Source: Pseudomonadota bacterium (GTDB lineage Bacteria; Bdellovibrionota; FAC87; UBA2466). From it: DNA of 64,000 nucleotides. The notes below the pieces were generated by a model, which was not told the origin of the DNA, did not search any database, and saw only the letters and a program-made list of their open reading frames with translations. A program made the position numbers and the translations under genes. Where the stretch lies: contig JAYSWN010000068.1 of assembly GCA_043718025.1 (NCBI GenBank), positions 32,001 through 96,000 on the forward strand, in the 5' to 3' direction. Below, piece by piece: positions 48,541 through 61,355 of this stretch. Position 1 is the stretch's first letter. Every line of letters begins with the position of its first letter.

Positions 48541-50625
48541 TTGGACATAAAAGCGCAAAATCCAATCGAGAAGCAGGTAATTTTGGTGGGGGCTGGCAAT
48601 GCTCACCTTGTTTTCATAAAAAAATGGCGCATGAAGTCCAGCCCGCGTGTTTCGATCGTGCTCATTAACGAATCGGCTGAAATGCCCTACTCCGCAATGA
48701 TTCCCGGATTTTTGGCCCGGGAATACTGGCTAAATCAAGTTACTGTAGACTTAGTTCGCCTCTGTCGCTCAGCGGGAGTTCGTCTAATTGCAGGCAATCG
48801 GGTAACCGAGATCGATCTTAACGCAAAGCAGGTAGCGCTCTCCGCTCGGCCGACCCCTATGCCTTTTGATTTTCTGTCGTTGAACGTCGGTAATGTAGCT
48901 GGTGAATCCGCGGGAGTGGCTTCCTCTGTTTTTCCTTTGCGTCCTCTCTCTCTTTTTCTTTCACGGCTTCCCGAACTCGATGAATTGGCAAAACGAGAGA
49001 AAACGATTGCCGTAGTGGGTGCGGGTCCATCGGGCTGCGAGGTGGCACTTGGCTTGGCTAACCGTTACCGCGATAGACCCGTCCGGATCGAAGTGTACGA
49101 GAGCGCTGACCGGGCCGTTCCCGAATTTCCTAAAAGGGCAGCAGACTGGTTTCAGCGGCGGTTTCGAAAAAACCAAATTCTATTTTTTCCAAACCGACAG
49201 TTAGATGAAAAATCTTATAAAGATTTTGGCGCAGTCATAATCGCCACTTCGCCGAGGCCAGAGACTTGGTTCACGCACTCGGGCCTAGATTGCGATGGCC
49301 GCGGGTTTGTAAAAGTTGGGCCAACTTTACAGTCAGTGTCTCACGAGTTTGTTTTTGCGGCGGGTGATGTAGCCGCGGTGCAAGGGGTTCGTCCCTTTGC
49401 GAAGAACGGTGTTTACTCGGTTCGCATGGGAGAAACCCTCTATCATTCGATCTCGGCCGCATTGCAATCTCAACCATTCCCAAAATTCCGCCCCCAGCCG
49501 AGGTATCTTGCGCTAATGAACGGAGGGCAGGGCGACGGCATGTTTAGTTATGGCGCGTTCACGCTCTATGGTCGCTGGGCGCGCAAATTGAAGTCACGCA
49601 TCGATGAGGCTTGGGTATCGAGTTTTTTGAGTCCCGCGATGGCCGAAGATGAAGTGCCAGAGCCCATGCGCTGCTTAGGTTGCGCAGCAAAGGTGTCCGG
49701 CGCAGTGCTGAACGATAGCCTCGATAAGCTATCGCTCCTAGAGCGCGAAGACTCTACGATTGAAGAGCATGCAGACTGTGAAAAGGTATCTCTAAAGTCG
49801 GTAGATTTTCTTTCTTTGTTTTTGGATGATCCCTTCACGTTTGGAAAAATCGCCGCGCTTCATAGCGTAAGCGACATCTACGCTATGAATGGTTCGCCGC
49901 AAACCGCGTTGGCCATTCTTACGGTTCCCTGGTCGGCCGAGAGGATCCAGAAGCAGTGGATTTTAGAAGTGATGAATGGTGCCGCGGAGATTGCTCGCCA
50001 AGAGGGGTTTGCGATCAACGGAGGTCACACTGGTGAGGCTGACCGACTCTCTTTTGGCTTGAGCGTAAGTGGCGAGGCCTTCAAATCGAAGTTGTTTTTA
50101 AAAAGCCAACTCCAGCCCGGCGATATTTTGGTGCTCACGAAAAAGTTGGGAGTCGGAACTCTCCTCGCTGCGTGGATGCGATCAATGGCCACCGCCGGTG
50201 AAATGAAAGAAGGTCTCGATGAAATGCTGAAGAGTAACTCTCTGGCCAGAATGGTCTTCGATGCAGTCGGAGTTAAAGCCGCCACTGACGTGACCGGTTT
50301 CGGTTTGGCCGGCCATCTTGGTGACATGCTCGATAAAAGTGGAGTCTCGGTTCGATTTGAATTTGACGCTTCGTTCGCGTTGTCTAGTTTTCAACGGCTG
50401 AATGGATTAGGAATTCACAGCACGATTTATCCTGAAAACAAGCGATACGGTTCCCGCTTTTGCGAAGCCCTGCCTGAAATCTTTTTTGATCCACAGACTT
50501 CCGGGGGGCTCTTAGGAGCTATTCCCAGCAATAAGTGGAATGCTTTTGAAAAATTATCGGTTGATAGAGGGCTGTTTTATTCGAAACTGGGGATCGTAGA
50601 ACCCCCTAAATCGGCTTTAAATTAG
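48541..50625 (+). CDS. selD: Selenide, water dikinase SelD fused to an N-terminal pyridine nucleotide-disulfide oxidoreductase domain
   Basis: LVGAGNAH, VVGAGPSG, FAAGD; then RCLGCAAKV, SDIYAM, GGHT, TDVTGFGL, DPQTSGGLL. Confidence 0.9.
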   Translation: MDIKAQNPIEKQVILVGAGNAHLVFIKKWRMKSSPRVSIVLINESAEMPYSAMIPGFLAREYWLNQVTVDLVRLCRSAGVRLIAGNRVTEIDLNAKQVALSARPTPMPFDFLSLNVGNVAGESAGVASSVFPLRPLSLFLSRLPELDELAKREKTIAVVGAGPSGCEVALGLANRYRDRPVRIEVYESADRAVPEFPKRAADWFQRRFRKNQILFFPNRQLDEKSYKDFGAVIIATSPRPETWFTHSGLDCDGRGFVKVGPTLQSVSHEFVFAAGDVAAVQGVRPFAKNGVYSVRMGETLYHSISAALQSQPFPKFRPQPRYLALMNGGQGDGMFSYGAFTLYGRWARKLKSRIDEAWVSSFLSPAMAEDEVPEPMRCLGCAAKVSGAVLNDSLDKLSLLEREDSTIEEHADCEKVSLKSVDFLSLFLDDPFTFGKIAALHSVSDIYAMNGSPQTALAILTVPWSAERIQKQWILEVMNGAAEIARQEGFAINGGHTGEADRLSFGLSVSGEAFKSKLFLKSQLQPGDILVLTKKLGVGTLLAAWMRSMATAGEMKEGLDEMLKSNSLARMVFDAVGVKAATDVTGFGLAGHLGDMLDKSGVSVRFEFDASFALSSFQRLNGLGIHSTIYPENKRYGSRFCEALPEIFFDPQTSGGLLGAIPSNKWNAFEKLSVDRGLFYSKLGIVEPPKSALN

Positions 50626-50637
50626 CGTTTAAAAGGC

Positions 50638-50673
50638 AAAAAAAAGGCCCGGCAGCAGAGCTACCGGGCCTTT
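50638..50673 (-). terminator. Rho-independent terminator after rpoC (bidirectional with selD)
   Basis: AAAGGCCCGGCAGC-AGA-GCTACCGGGCCTTT with an A-run on the left. Confidence 0.85.
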
Positions 50674-50687
50674 AAAATGTTTGTGGC

Positions 50688-53600
50688 TTACAACTTCGCT
50701 TCTGCGTTCAACGCATCTTCGTCGTCTAAAGACGTCGGAATATCAAGCAGCTCTTCTTCGGTCTGCTCGGCTTCCTGCACGTCGATCATGACGCGTCGGT
50801 AAATGTCGATACCCGTACCGGCTGGGATGAGACGTCCCATTATGACGTTCTCTTTCAGGCCGCGGAGGCGATCGACTTTTCCTTGAATAGCCGCTTCGGT
50901 AAGAACCTTTGTGGTCTCTTGAAACGAGGCCGCCGAGATAAAGCTCTCGGTGCTCAAAGATGCCTTGGTAATACCGAGTAGTAACGGTGCGGCTTCCGCT
51001 GGGCGCTTGCCCAACTTCTTGACGCGTTCGTTCTCTTCCTCAAACTTCCACTTCTCGATATGCTCGCCAAGTAGAGTGTCGGTATCACCTGGGTCGGTGA
51101 CGCGAACTCGCTTCAACATCTGACGCACAATCAATTCGATGTGCTTGTCATTGATGCGCACACCTTGCAGACGATAAACTTCCTGCACTTCGTCTACTAG
51201 GTACTTTGCTAAGGCCTTGTCGCCCAAGATCTGAAGAATATCGTGCGGATTTGCCGCGCCATCCATTAAGGCCTCACCAGCACGCACGTGGTCACCCTCG
51301 CGTACGCTGATGTGCTTACCCTTAAGGATCAGATATTCCTTTGGCTCGCCGTGTTCAGGAGTAATCAGCAGCTTGCGCTTACCTTTACTATCCTTACCAA
51401 ACGAAACCACGCCATCAACTTCAGCAATCGCCGCAGTGTCTTTCGGTTTCCGCGCTTCAAAAAGCTCAGCTACACGAGGGAGACCGCCGGTAATGTCCTT
51501 GGTCTTGGTGGTTTCTCTAGGAATCTTAGCAATTGCGTCACCCGGAAGGATCTCTTCTCCATCCGTTACAACGAGATTCGCGCCCATGGGAATAAGGTAA
51601 CTCACTTTTGGCGTCTTCTTAGCGTCCTTTTCCGGTAGATTCGGGTCGATAATCAATATGCGAGGTCGCAAATCGCCATCTCGTGAATCGATAATGGTAC
51701 GCCGGCTTAGGCCAGTAACCTCATCCACTTGCTCGCTGAGCGACATACCTTCGGTAATATCGACGTAAGCAATTTTACCGCCCTGCTCGGTAAGAACAGG
51801 AATGGTATAAGGATCCCAGTTAGCAACAACTTGACCGCGCTTCACTCGCTCGCCGTCATTGACGTTTAAGCGGGCACCGTAAACCAACGGATACCGTTCA
51901 CGCTCGCGACCTGTGTCGTCAAGAATGGCGATTTCACCATTTCGGTTCATTGCGGTAAAGGTTCCATGTCTGTCTTTCACGGAGTTGACGCGAATCAACT
52001 TCACGACACCATCATGGCGCACTTCAAGAGAACTCTGCTCAGCTCTTCGGCTCGCCGTGCCACCAACGTGGAACGTGCGCATCGTTAACTGAGTGCCGGG
52101 TTCACCAATACTCTGTGCTGCAATAATACCGGCGGCTTCGCCAATATTTACTAAATGGCCGCGAGATAAATCGCGCCCGTAGCAGTAACAGCACACACCA
52201 ACTTTTAGTTTGCAGGTTAAGGCTGAGCGAATGATGACTTTTTCAATGCCGGCTTCTTCAACCAAGCGCATTTTTTCTTCGTCAATCATCCCGTTCATCT
52301 CAACAAGCATTTTGCCGGTGTAGGGATCGTTGATGTCATCCAAAGCCACACGGCCAAGGATACGGTCACCAATTGGTTCAATTACCTCGCCGCCTTCAAT
52401 CAGCGCCGAAATCTCGATACCATCAGTGCTCTTACAATCTACTTCGGTCACTACGATATCCTGCGCTACGTCGACTAAACGACGAGTGAGGTATCCGGAA
52501 TGCGCGGTTTTAAGTGCTGTATCAGCCAAACCTTTTCGCGCTCCGTGAGTTGAAATGAAGTACTGAAGGGCATCTAGACCCTCGCGAAAATTCGCGGTGA
52601 TCGGAGTTTCAATGATCGCGCCCGAGGGGCGTGCCATTAATCCACGCATACCTGCAAGCTGACGAATCTGGGCCGCGCTACCGCGGGCACCGGAATCGGC
52701 CATCATGTAGATCGAGTTCAAGCTGGTCATCGCGACCATCTTGCCGTCTTTGTCCTTCATCTTTTCGGTGGACAACTCTTCCATCAACTCTTCGGCAATC
52801 TGCTCAGTTACCTGCGCCCAAATGTCGATGACTTTGTTGTAACGTTCACCGTCCGTAATCAAGCCTTCAATGTACTGATTCTGAATCTCTTGGACTTCCG
52901 TGTAGGCTCCATCGAGCAGCTCTTTCTTGCGTTGCGGGATTTTCATGTCCTGCATGCAAATACTAATGCCGCCTTTAGTTGCGTACTCAAAACCCAACGT
53001 ACGTAGCCTGTCCGCCAGCATTACCGTGCGTTTATTGCCGGTCGAGCGGTAGGTGTTGTCCATCAAAGCCGAGAGGGCTTTTTTGTTCATCACGCAGTTG
53101 TAGGTATCGAATGGAATCTCGATAGGGCAAATTTCACGGAGAATTAAACGACCCGGAGTCGTTTCATACCGTTTCATCACGCCATCTTTATCAATTACGC
53201 GACAAGTAATCTTAGCGTGAAGATCGAGCTCACCAATCTCATGCGCATAAATTGCTTCATGTGGATTTGCGAAAGTCTTGCCTTCACCCTTTTGATTAAT
53301 GCGCTGCTGGGTCATGTAATACACGCCCAACACAATGTCCTGCGTAGGATCGATAATCGGTTTACCGAATGCGGGCGAAAGGATGTTGTTCGTAGACATC
53401 ATCAGCACGCGGGCTTCCAATTGGGCTTCCACGCTCAAAGGAACGTGAACGGCCATCTGGTCACCGTCGAAATCGGCATTAAAAGTGGAACAGACCAAAG
53501 GATGCAACTGAATCGCTTTTCCTTCGATAAGAACCGGCTCAAAGGCCTGAATTCCCAAACGATGCAATGTCGGAGCACGATTCAGCAGAATCGGATGCTC

Positions 53601-54854
53601 TTTCACCACTTCTTCGAGAATGTCCCAAACTTCTTCTTTTTCCTTCTCCACCATCTTCTTTGCGCTTTTGATGGTGGTTACGTAGCCACGCTCTTCAAGT
53701 TTGTTGAAGATAAAAGGCTTGAACAACTCAAGGGCCATTTTCTTTGGCAAACCGCACTGGTGTAGCTTCAGTTCAGGACCAACGACGATTACGGACCGAC
53801 CAGAAAAGTCGACGCGTTTTCCAAGTAAGTTCTGACGGAATCGACCCTGCTTGCCTTTAAGCATGTCAGAGAGCGAACGAAGCGGACGTTTGTTCGGACC
53901 GGTAAAGGTGCGACCACGACGACCATTGTCAAAAAGGGCATCTACCGCTTCTTGCAGCATTCGCTTTTCATTATGAATAATGATTTCAGGGGCGTTTAGC
54001 TCCTGGAGGCGCTTCAAACGGTTGTTTCGGTTGATCACGCGGCGATACAGGTCATTCAAATCGGAGGTCGCAAAACGACCACCATCCAAAGGCACCAGGG
54101 GACGTAAATCCGGAGGAATGACCGGAATCACATCAAGCATCATGTTTTCTGGGCGGTTTCCCGAGTTCTTAAAGGCTTCAACCACCTTTAAGCGCTTGGC
54201 CAACGCCTTTTGGATCGTCTCGCTAGAAGTCTTTGCCAATGCGGCACGAATGTCGCGGGCCAACACTTCAACGTCGATCTCTTTCAACATGTCGCGAACG
54301 GCTTCGGCACCCATCGCGGCTTTGAAATCTTGTTTATATTCTTTTCGAGCGGCCGTGTGTTCATCCTCAGAAAGGACTTCGCCCTTTTTCAGGAGAGTGG
54401 ATTTGCCCGGGTCCATTACAACGTATGCTTCACAGTAAAGAACTCGTTCTAAGTTCTTCAGGCTGATATCGAGCATCGCGCCGATTCGGCTTGGAAGTGA
54501 TCGCAAGAACCAAATGTGAGCAACTGGAGTTGCCAATTCAATGTGGCCCAACCGCTCGCGGCGAACCTTGGATTGGATAACCTCAACCCCACACTTTTCG
54601 CAAACCACGCCTCGATGCTTCATGCGTTTATATTTTCCGCAGATGCATTCGTAGTCTTTTACAGGTCCGAAGATTTTGGCGCAAAAAAGCCCATCTCGTT
54701 CCGGTTTGAAGGTTCTGTAGTTGATAGTTTCCGGCTTTTTCACTTCGCCGTAGGACCATGAGCGGATCTTCTCTGGGCTAGCCAAAGAAATTTTTACCGC
54801 TTTAAAAGAAAGTGGATCCTTCGGTTTATCGAAAAAGTTTAAGAGGTCTTTCAT
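50688..54854 (-). CDS. rpoC: RNA polymerase beta' subunit
   Basis: [17 protein letters not shown], zinc-binding N-terminus; 1388 aa. Confidence 0.99.
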   Translation of the reverse strand: MKDLLNFFDKPKDPLSFKAVKISLASPEKIRSWSYGEVKKPETINYRTFKPERDGLFCAKIFGPVKDYECICGKYKRMKHRGVVCEKCGVEVIQSKVRRERLGHIELATPVAHIWFLRSLPSRIGAMLDISLKNLERVLYCEAYVVMDPGKSTLLKKGEVLSEDEHTAARKEYKQDFKAAMGAEAVRDMLKEIDVEVLARDIRAALAKTSSETIQKALAKRLKVVEAFKNSGNRPENMMLDVIPVIPPDLRPLVPLDGGRFATSDLNDLYRRVINRNNRLKRLQELNAPEIIIHNEKRMLQEAVDALFDNGRRGRTFTGPNKRPLRSLSDMLKGKQGRFRQNLLGKRVDFSGRSVIVVGPELKLHQCGLPKKMALELFKPFIFNKLEERGYVTTIKSAKKMVEKEKEEVWDILEEVVKEHPILLNRAPTLHRLGIQAFEPVLIEGKAIQLHPLVCSTFNADFDGDQMAVHVPLSVEAQLEARVLMMSTNNILSPAFGKPIIDPTQDIVLGVYYMTQQRINQKGEGKTFANPHEAIYAHEIGELDLHAKITCRVIDKDGVMKRYETTPGRLILREICPIEIPFDTYNCVMNKKALSALMDNTYRSTGNKRTVMLADRLRTLGFEYATKGGISICMQDMKIPQRKKELLDGAYTEVQEIQNQYIEGLITDGERYNKVIDIWAQVTEQIAEELMEELSTEKMKDKDGKMVAMTSLNSIYMMADSGARGSAAQIRQLAGMRGLMARPSGAIIETPITANFREGLDALQYFISTHGARKGLADTALKTAHSGYLTRRLVDVAQDIVVTEVDCKSTDGIEISALIEGGEVIEPIGDRILGRVALDDINDPYTGKMLVEMNGMIDEEKMRLVEEAGIEKVIIRSALTCKLKVGVCCYCYGRDLSRGHLVNIGEAAGIIAAQSIGEPGTQLTMRTFHVGGTASRRAEQSSLEVRHDGVVKLIRVNSVKDRHGTFTAMNRNGEIAILDDTGRERERYPLVYGARLNVNDGERVKRGQVVANWDPYTIPVLTEQGGKIAYVDITEGMSLSEQVDEVTGLSRRTIIDSRDGDLRPRILIIDPNLPEKDAKKTPKVSYLIPMGANLVVTDGEEILPGDAIAKIPRETTKTKDITGGLPRVAELFEARKPKDTAAIAEVDGVVSFGKDSKGKRKLLITPEHGEPKEYLILKGKHISVREGDHVRAGEALMDGAANPHDILQILGDKALAKYLVDEVQEVYRLQGVRINDKHIELIVRQMLKRVRVTDPGDTDTLLGEHIEKWKFEEENERVKKLGKRPAEAAPLLLGITKASLSTESFISAASFQETTKVLTEAAIQGKVDRLRGLKENVIMGRLIPAGTGIDIYRRVMIDVQEAEQTEEELLDIPTSLDDEDALNAEAKL

Positions 54855-57800
54855 AGTGCTCCGTCCTCCATAAGCTCGATATCGAGGCCCAAGCTCTGAA
54901 GTTCTTTTACTAAGACGTTAAACGACTCGGGTAAGCCTGGCTCGAGCACATTCTCACCCTTAACAATGGTTTCAAACATTCGGATACGCCCGGCGACATC
55001 GTCTGACTTCACCGTGAGCAGCTCTTGCAAGCAGTAAGCGGCGCCATAAGCTTCAAGCGCCCAAACTTCCATCTCTCCAAGTCGCTGACCACCGAACTGC
55101 GCTTTACCACCCAGCGGTTGCTGCGTGACTAAAGAATAGGGGCCAATGCTTCGAGCATGAATCTTTTCATCGACCAAATGATGGAGTTTCAAAACATACA
55201 TCACCCCTACGGTGACATCATGTTTGAAAGGTTCACCGCTACGGCCGTCGAATAAGATCTGCTGTCCGTTGGTGTTCAAACCAACCGCACTCAGCGCCGC
55301 TTCGATTTCGAGTTCCTTGGCGCTATCAAATACTGGACTTGCCATGTGCAAGCCACGCTTCAAGCGCAAGGCAATCGTTTTCAAGGCGTCGATGCTCAAG
55401 CCATCCAACTCAGCCGAAAGATTTTTCGAAGTGAAAATTCGTTTCAACATTTCGCGAATAGATTTGGCGTTGGTTTCGTTCCAAGCGCGCAGAGCCTCGG
55501 TCATTTGACGACCAACTTCAAAGCCAGCGCGGCCAAGATGCGATTCCAAGATCTGTCCGACGTTCATACGCGAAGGAACGCCGAGGGGGTTCAACACGAT
55601 TTGAACAGGGGAGCCATCTTCCATGTACGGCATGTCTTCCATCGGAAGAACGCGGGAAATAACCCCTTTGTTTCCGTGACGACCAGCCATCTTATCGCCC
55701 ACCGCAATGCGGCGTTTGATCGCAACATAGACCTTAACCATCTTGATGACGCCGGGAGGTAGCTCATCACCCTTTTTCAGTTTTTTCACTTTCTCGTCAA
55801 AGATAGTGCGAATGGTCTGAATCTGAGCGTCAACGGCAGAAAGGGTTGTCCCCACTTGATATTCCGCGTCCGAGGACAATGGAATATGGCGGAGTAGATC
55901 ATAGTGTACGGATTCATATTCCGCCTCAGTGATCTCTTGACCCTTTTTCAACAATTGGTTTTCACCCGAAGAGTCCAGTAGCTTACCCGTGGTGGTCTGG
56001 CCAACGATGAGCGCGGAGACCTTTTTCTTAGCGGCTTCCTGAAGAATTCTAACTTCAGTGCCCTCGTCTTTGCGAATACGGGTCTCTTCGTCTTCGACCA
56101 AGCGAGCGGTACGCTCATCTTTGTCTGCGCCTTCGCGCGAGAAAACTTGAGCACCAATAACCGTTCCGACGATACCCGGCGAAACACGTAGGGACGTATC
56201 TTTAACGTCGCCTGCTTTTTCCCCGAAAATAGCGCGAAGAAGCTTCTCCTCAGGAGAGAGCTGAGTCTCACCTTTTGGAGTGATCTTTCCGACGAGAATA
56301 TCGCCAGGTTTCACTTCAGCGCCGATGCGCACTATTCCTGAGCTATCCAAATTCATCAGCTGTTCTTCGCTGACGTTCGGAATGTCGCGGGTGACCTCTT
56401 CTTTACCGAGTTTGGTATCTCGGGCTACGCATTCAAACTCTTCAATGTGAATGGAGGTGAAGGTGTCTTTCTCTACCAGCTCTTCGCTGATTAGGATCGA
56501 ATCCTCAAAGTTGTAACCACCCCACGGCATGAATGCCACGAGGATGTTTTGGCCCAAGGCCAATTCGCCCATGTCCGTTGCGGGACCATCGGCAAGAACC
56601 TGACCTTTTTCCACCCGCTCACCCATCTTAACGATAGGCTTCTGATTAACGCAGGTGTTCTGGTTCGAACGACGATACTTAATTAAATTGTAGATATCGA
56701 CGCCTGGACCCTTAGTGGTCTGGCCTTCGGTGCGCACCACGATCCGGGTGGCATCTACGAAATCAATGATACCGTTACTCTTGGCCACTACGGTTACCCC
56801 GGAGTCGCGAGCCACGAGTTTTTCCATACCCGTTCCGACAATCGGAGCGTGAGTACGAACTAATGGTACGGCTTGACGCTGCATGTTGGAGCCCATCAGC
56901 GCGCGGTTCGCATCATCGTTCTCGAGGAACGGAATGAGCGAGGCGGCAATGGACACCAGCTGGTTCGGCGAGACGTCGAGAAGATCGATATCTTCACCAC
57001 GGGCCAAGATGGTTTCACCTTGGCGACGCGCCGGAACGAAGTCCGGAATTACGCGGCCTTCTTTAACCGGAACGGTTGCCTGAGCAATCGTGTGGTTTTC
57101 TTCCTCAAGGGCCGAGAAAAACACCACCTCTTCAGAAACTTCTCCGTTCACCAGTTTTCGATACGGGGTTTCAATGAAACCGTAATCGTTCACCCGGCCA
57201 AAAGTGGAGAGAGACGAAATAAGACCAATGTTTGGACCTTCAGGGGTCTCAATCGGACAGATACGACCGTAATGGGTAGAGTGTACGTCACGGACTTCAA
57301 AGCCAGCGCGTTCACGAGTCAAACCTCCGGGCCCGAGGGCGCTCAGACGACGTTTATGCGTCACTTCTGAAAGCGGATTGGTCTGATCCATAAACTGTGA
57401 AAGTTGCGAGCTACCGAAGAACTCTTTAACCACTGCCGATACCGGCTTGGCGTTAATAAGATCATGCGGCATTAGCGTTTCAACGTCTTGCAAGCTCATG
57501 CGTTCACGAATGGCGCGTTCCATGCGAACCAAGCCGATGCGGAACTGATTTTCTAAGAGCTCACCAACCGCGCGAACGCGGCGATTGCCTAAATGGTCAA
57601 TGTCGTCAATCTGGCCTTTGCCATTTTTCAAATCGACGAGGTACTTCACCACCGCCACAATGTCTTCTTTAGTCAAAGTGGTGTGTTCGAGAGGAGTAGT
57701 GAAACCAAATTTATGATTGATCTTTAGTCGCCCCACACGGGACAATTCGTATTTAGTGGGGTCGAAGAATAAGCCGTCAAAAAGCACTTGCGCGGTTTCA

Positions 57801-58963
57801 AGCGTTGGGGGATCCCCGGGACGCAACCGACGGTAAATTTCGATAAGGGCTTCTTCTTTGGTAGAAATCTTATCTTGCGTAAGAGTGTCGCGCAGGTAAG
57901 TGCCTACGTTAATTCGGTCAGTATAAAGAATTTTGAATTCGGCAATTTTACGATCCGCAAGAAGGTCTAGCTTATCGTCATTGATTTCTTCGTTGCACTC
58001 AAGAAGAACTTCGCCTGTTTCTAAATCTACAACGTCAACGGCGCAGAATTTTCCAATCAGCTGTTCCCGTTCGATTGGAAATTTTTTGATCTTAGCTTCA
58101 TCAATTTTCTTAATTAGGCTTTGAGTGAACTTTTTGTTCTTCTCAACGATGACCTTTCCGTTCTCATCCATCCAATCAAAGTTGGCTCTTTGGCCACCGT
58201 ACAGTTTAGGCTCGAAGGTTAGGAGCATTTTACCGCCCTTACCAATCGACACGGTCTCGTGATCGTAGAAATAGGAAAGCAGCTCTTCAACCGAAAAGCC
58301 TAACGCTTTTAGAAGCACAGTGACATGCAGTTTTCGGCGGCGGTCGATCCGCACATAAATGATGTCTTTATGATCGAATTCGAAATCCAACCAAGATCCG
58401 CGATAGGGGATAATGCGGGCAGAGTAGAGCAACTTTCCGCTGCTATGAGAGGTGCCTTTATCGTGGTCAAAGAATACGCCAGGCGAACGGTGTAGCTGAC
58501 TCACCACAACACGCTCAGTGCCATTGATGATGAAGCTGCCACGGTCGGTCATGAGCGGAATTTCACCCAAATAGACCTCCTGCTCTTTTACGTCCTTAAT
58601 GGAGCGGGTCTGGGTCTGTTCGTCGACATCCCAAACTTCTAGGCGAACTGTAACTTTAAGGGGCGCGGCGTAGCTCATGCCGCGGCTACGACACTCATCC
58701 ACGTCATACTTCGGCGTTTCTAGAGTGTAGGATTCAAACTCAAGCGCAGCCGTGTTGTTGAAGTCATGAATGGGGAAAACCGACTTAAACACCCCTTGCA
58801 GGCCAGTATTGCTCCGCTCAGGCGCAGTCGTTTCTGACTGCAGAAATTTTTCGTACGACTTTTTTTGGACTTCAATGAGATCCGGAATCTCGATCCGGGG
58901 AGGAAATTTACCGAACTCTTTTCGAAAACGCTTTTGGTCAAAAAAGCGTGTGGTCGTCGACAT
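54851..58963 (-). CDS. rpoB: RNA polymerase beta subunit
   Basis: [35 protein letters not shown]. Start 58963 or 58981. Confidence 0.99.
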   Translation of the reverse strand: MSTTTRFFDQKRFRKEFGKFPPRIEIPDLIEVQKKSYEKFLQSETTAPERSNTGLQGVFKSVFPIHDFNNTAALEFESYTLETPKYDVDECRSRGMSYAAPLKVTVRLEVWDVDEQTQTRSIKDVKEQEVYLGEIPLMTDRGSFIINGTERVVVSQLHRSPGVFFDHDKGTSHSSGKLLYSARIIPYRGSWLDFEFDHKDIIYVRIDRRRKLHVTVLLKALGFSVEELLSYFYDHETVSIGKGGKMLLTFEPKLYGGQRANFDWMDENGKVIVEKNKKFTQSLIKKIDEAKIKKFPIEREQLIGKFCAVDVVDLETGEVLLECNEEINDDKLDLLADRKIAEFKILYTDRINVGTYLRDTLTQDKISTKEEALIEIYRRLRPGDPPTLETAQVLFDGLFFDPTKYELSRVGRLKINHKFGFTTPLEHTTLTKEDIVAVVKYLVDLKNGKGQIDDIDHLGNRRVRAVGELLENQFRIGLVRMERAIRERMSLQDVETLMPHDLINAKPVSAVVKEFFGSSQLSQFMDQTNPLSEVTHKRRLSALGPGGLTRERAGFEVRDVHSTHYGRICPIETPEGPNIGLISSLSTFGRVNDYGFIETPYRKLVNGEVSEEVVFFSALEEENHTIAQATVPVKEGRVIPDFVPARRQGETILARGEDIDLLDVSPNQLVSIAASLIPFLENDDANRALMGSNMQRQAVPLVRTHAPIVGTGMEKLVARDSGVTVVAKSNGIIDFVDATRIVVRTEGQTTKGPGVDIYNLIKYRRSNQNTCVNQKPIVKMGERVEKGQVLADGPATDMGELALGQNILVAFMPWGGYNFEDSILISEELVEKDTFTSIHIEEFECVARDTKLGKEEVTRDIPNVSEEQLMNLDSSGIVRIGAEVKPGDILVGKITPKGETQLSPEEKLLRAIFGEKAGDVKDTSLRVSPGIVGTVIGAQVFSREGADKDERTARLVEDEETRIRKDEGTEVRILQEAAKKKVSALIVGQTTTGKLLDSSGENQLLKKGQEITEAEYESVHYDLLRHIPLSSDAEYQVGTTLSAVDAQIQTIRTIFDEKVKKLKKGDELPPGVIKMVKVYVAIKRRIAVGDKMAGRHGNKGVISRVLPMEDMPYMEDGSPVQIVLNPLGVPSRMNVGQILESHLGRAGFEVGRQMTEALRAWNETNAKSIREMLKRIFTSKNLSAELDGLSIDALKTIALRLKRGLHMASPVFDSAKELEIEAALSAVGLNTNGQQILFDGRSGEPFKHDVTVGVMYVLKLHHLVDEKIHARSIGPYSLVTQQPLGGKAQFGGQRLGEMEVWALEAYGAAYCLQELLTVKSDDVAGRIRMFETIVKGENVLEPGLPESFNVLVKELQSLGLDIELMEDGAL

Positions 58964-59042
58964 GCAATAACCCCATTTCAAGGATCAGCCGTTGCGAGAA
59001 AACTAACGGCCTAAAAATTACTTTAAGACACAAAAAGACATA

Positions 59043-59102
59043 TGGAGAACCAAGATAGATCGATCCCTCAGTTTTTTAAGGAATTGATATTTTGGTTCTC
59101 CA
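59043..59102 (-). terminator. Long hairpin / possible attenuator between rplL and rpoB
   Basis: TGGAGAACCAAGATA...TATTTTGGTTCTCCA inverted repeat, followed on the minus strand by a T-rich tract. Confidence 0.55.
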
Positions 59103-59128
59103 CCTAAATTGGCTAAATCGAGGGAAGA

Positions 59129-59506
59129 TTACTTCAACTCGACTTTGGCGCCTACTGCTTCAAGCTTTTTCTTGATCTCTTCAGCTTCTTTCTTGCTAAT
59201 GCCCTCTTTCAAGGTCTTAGGCGCGCTTTCTACGAGATCTTTAGCTTCTTTCAATCCGAGCGTGGTGAACCCACGGATCTCTTTAATGACCTGCACCTTT
59301 TGGGGGCCGCCATCCGTCAATACGACGTCAAAAGCAGTTTTTTCTTCAACGGGGGCTGCAGAAGCAGCACCGGCGGCAACTCCAACCGAAACTGGAGCGG
59401 CAGCGCTAACGCCATAACGAGTTTCAAATTTCTTAACGAACTCGGAAATGGTTAACAGGTTTGCACCATCAAAAAACTCAAATACCTGATCCTCTGTGAC
59501 TGGCAT
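59129..59506 (-). CDS. rplL: 50S ribosomal protein L7/L12
   Basis: [19 protein letters not shown]. Confidence 0.98.
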   Translation of the reverse strand: MPVTEDQVFEFFDGANLLTISEFVKKFETRYGVSAAAPVSVGVAAGAASAAPVEEKTAFDVVLTDGGPQKVQVIKEIRGFTTLGLKEAKDLVESAPKTLKEGISKKEAEEIKKKLEAVGAKVELK

Positions 59507-59542
59507 GGAATACTCCTTCTTCTCTTCTTCAATAATTAAAAA

Positions 59543-60076
59543 TTAAGACTGGGACTCTTTCTCTTTTTTAGCCTTCAAGTCACCCAATACGTATCCCAAG
59601 CGTTGGGGAGCATCTTTGAGGGCATAAAGAAACTTTGTGGGCGAAGATTTGAGGGCCCAAAGGAAAGAGACGAGCAATTCGTTTCTTCCTGGGAGCTTCG
59701 AGAGTGCCTGGTACTGGCTCTCGCTCATTAACTGGCCCATTGCTGCGCCAGCCTTCACCTTTAGACTAAAACCTTCTTTGGAGGTCCATTCAGCTACGGC
59801 CTTGGCCGTAAGAACGGCATCACCTTTGCTGTAGACAACCATTGTGGGGCCGGTCAAATGCTCGCCAACGGCAGCAAATGGGGTCTTTTCAAAAACTCGC
59901 TTGGCGAGTGTATTTTTGACGACCTTGACCCGTACATTTTGTTTCGCCAAACTAAGGCGAAATTGGGTCATCTGGTCAACCGTGAGCTTGTTAAAGGAAA
60001 CAAGGGCAAACGACTCTGCCGTTGAAATGCCATTCGTAAATGCAGAGACAAACGTCTCTTTTTGTGCCCGGTTCAA
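59543..60076 (-). CDS. rplJ: 50S ribosomal protein L10
   Basis: VVKNTLA, LSKLP; synteny. Confidence 0.96.
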   Translation of the reverse strand: MNRAQKETFVSAFTNGISTAESFALVSFNKLTVDQMTQFRLSLAKQNVRVKVVKNTLAKRVFEKTPFAAVGEHLTGPTMVVYSKGDAVLTAKAVAEWTSKEGFSLKVKAGAAMGQLMSESQYQALSKLPGRNELLVSFLWALKSSPTKFLYALKDAPQRLGYVLGDLKAKKEKESQS

Positions 60077-60139
60077 AGCAAACTCCCCGAAATATAAACT
60101 GCCATTTAAATCCTCAATTCTTTATTACGTCAAGCAGCA

Positions 60140-60853
60140 TTAAACTGCTTGAGCGGCGTTAACTAACGCACTGGAATCCAAAATAATTCCTGGGCCCATG
60201 GTAGGGGCAATTGCGATCTTTCGAATGTAGATACCCTTAGACGTGGTTGGTTTGGCCTTAAGCACGGCATCAAAGAAAACCATGAAGTTTTGTTTGAGTT
60301 TTTCGGGGCCAAAAGATTTTTTGCCGATGATGGCATGGAGCACGCCGGCTTTTTCTACCTTGTATTCCACCTTGCCGAGCTTTTGTTCTCTGACGGCTTT
60401 ACCGATTTCGGCGGTAACCGTGCCCGTTTTTTTGTTCGGCATTAAGCCCTTGGGGCCCAAAGTTTTTGCAAGCTTGGTAAGGTCTTTGAGGCTATCAGGC
60501 GTGGTTAACACGCGATCAAACTCGAGCCAGCCACCGGCAATTTTTTCCATCAAATCGTCATTGCCAACGTGATCGGCCCCGGCTTCTCGAGCCTCTCGCT
60601 CGGCATCACCGCGAACAATACAAACGATACGTACGGGCTTACCCAGACCATTTGGAAGGGTGGTTGCACCGCGAACCATCTGATCAGATTGTTTGGGATC
60701 GACGCCAAGGTTGATGCAAACTTCAATAGATTCATCAAACTTACGGTTTTGGAATGAATCGACGATGTTAAGAGCGTCGTCGAGGCTATATTTTTTACCC
60801 AACTCTACTTTTGCCGCGTTGGCGCGGTAGATTTTTCCTGCTTTGTGTTTCAC
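60140..60853 (-). CDS. rplA: 50S ribosomal protein L1
   Basis: KFDES, LGPKGLMPN, TMGPG. Confidence 0.98.
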   Translation of the reverse strand: MKHKAGKIYRANAAKVELGKKYSLDDALNIVDSFQNRKFDESIEVCINLGVDPKQSDQMVRGATTLPNGLGKPVRIVCIVRGDAEREAREAGADHVGNDDLMEKIAGGWLEFDRVLTTPDSLKDLTKLAKTLGPKGLMPNKKTGTVTAEIGKAVREQKLGKVEYKVEKAGVLHAIIGKKSFGPEKLKQNFMVFFDAVLKAKPTTSKGIYIRKIAIAPTMGPGIILDSSALVNAAQAV

Positions 60854-60865
60854 TACTTACCTCAA

Positions 60866-60897
60866 TCAGGTGCAAACGACTGGTTAGGTCTCCCTGA
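60866..60897 (-). promoter_or_regulatory. Putative L1-binding mRNA operator upstream of rplA
   Basis: Minus strand TCAGG-GAGAC...GTC...CCTGA: a stem with an internal loop carrying GGAG, directly before the rplA RBS. Confidence 0.45.
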
Positions 60898-60904
60898 GCG
60901 TTAA

Positions 60905-61330
60905 TTACATTCCAGAAACTTCTAAACCCATGCTACGGGCAGTGCCCGCCACTTGGCTCATCGCCGATTTCAAATCAATGGTGTTCAAATCAGGCATCTT
61001 GGTCTTGGCGATCTCTTCGATCTGGGCCTTGTTTACCGTTCCCACCTTATTCTTATTCGGAATGCCCGAGCCCTTTTCGATATTGGCTGCCTTTTTAAGG
61101 AGCTCAGAGACCGGCGGGGTCTTTGTAATAAACGTAAATGAACGATCTGCAAAGATGCTAATTACGACTGGAATTACCATGCCGCCCGCATTTTGCGTTC
61201 GGGCATTAAAAGCCTTACAAAATTCCATGATGTTTACGCCATGTTGGCCAAGCGCGGGACCAACTGGGGGAGACGGATTGGCTTTGCCTCCCGGTATTTG
61301 CAATTTCACCATTGCGGTTAACTTTTTCAT
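60905..61330 (-). CDS. rplK: 50S ribosomal protein L11
   Basis: [28 protein letters not shown]. Confidence 0.99.
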   Translation of the reverse strand: MKKLTAMVKLQIPGGKANPSPPVGPALGQHGVNIMEFCKAFNARTQNAGGMVIPVVISIFADRSFTFITKTPPVSELLKKAANIEKGSGIPNKNKVGTVNKAQIEEIAKTKMPDLNTIDLKSAMSQVAGTARSMGLEVSGM

Positions 61331-61355
61331 TTCTGCTCCTCAAAAAACCAGCGTT

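Noticed and set aside
49660..49700. Selenocysteine (UGA) in the SelD active site
   Set aside because: The codons are TGC (Cys) and the frame is open without recoding.
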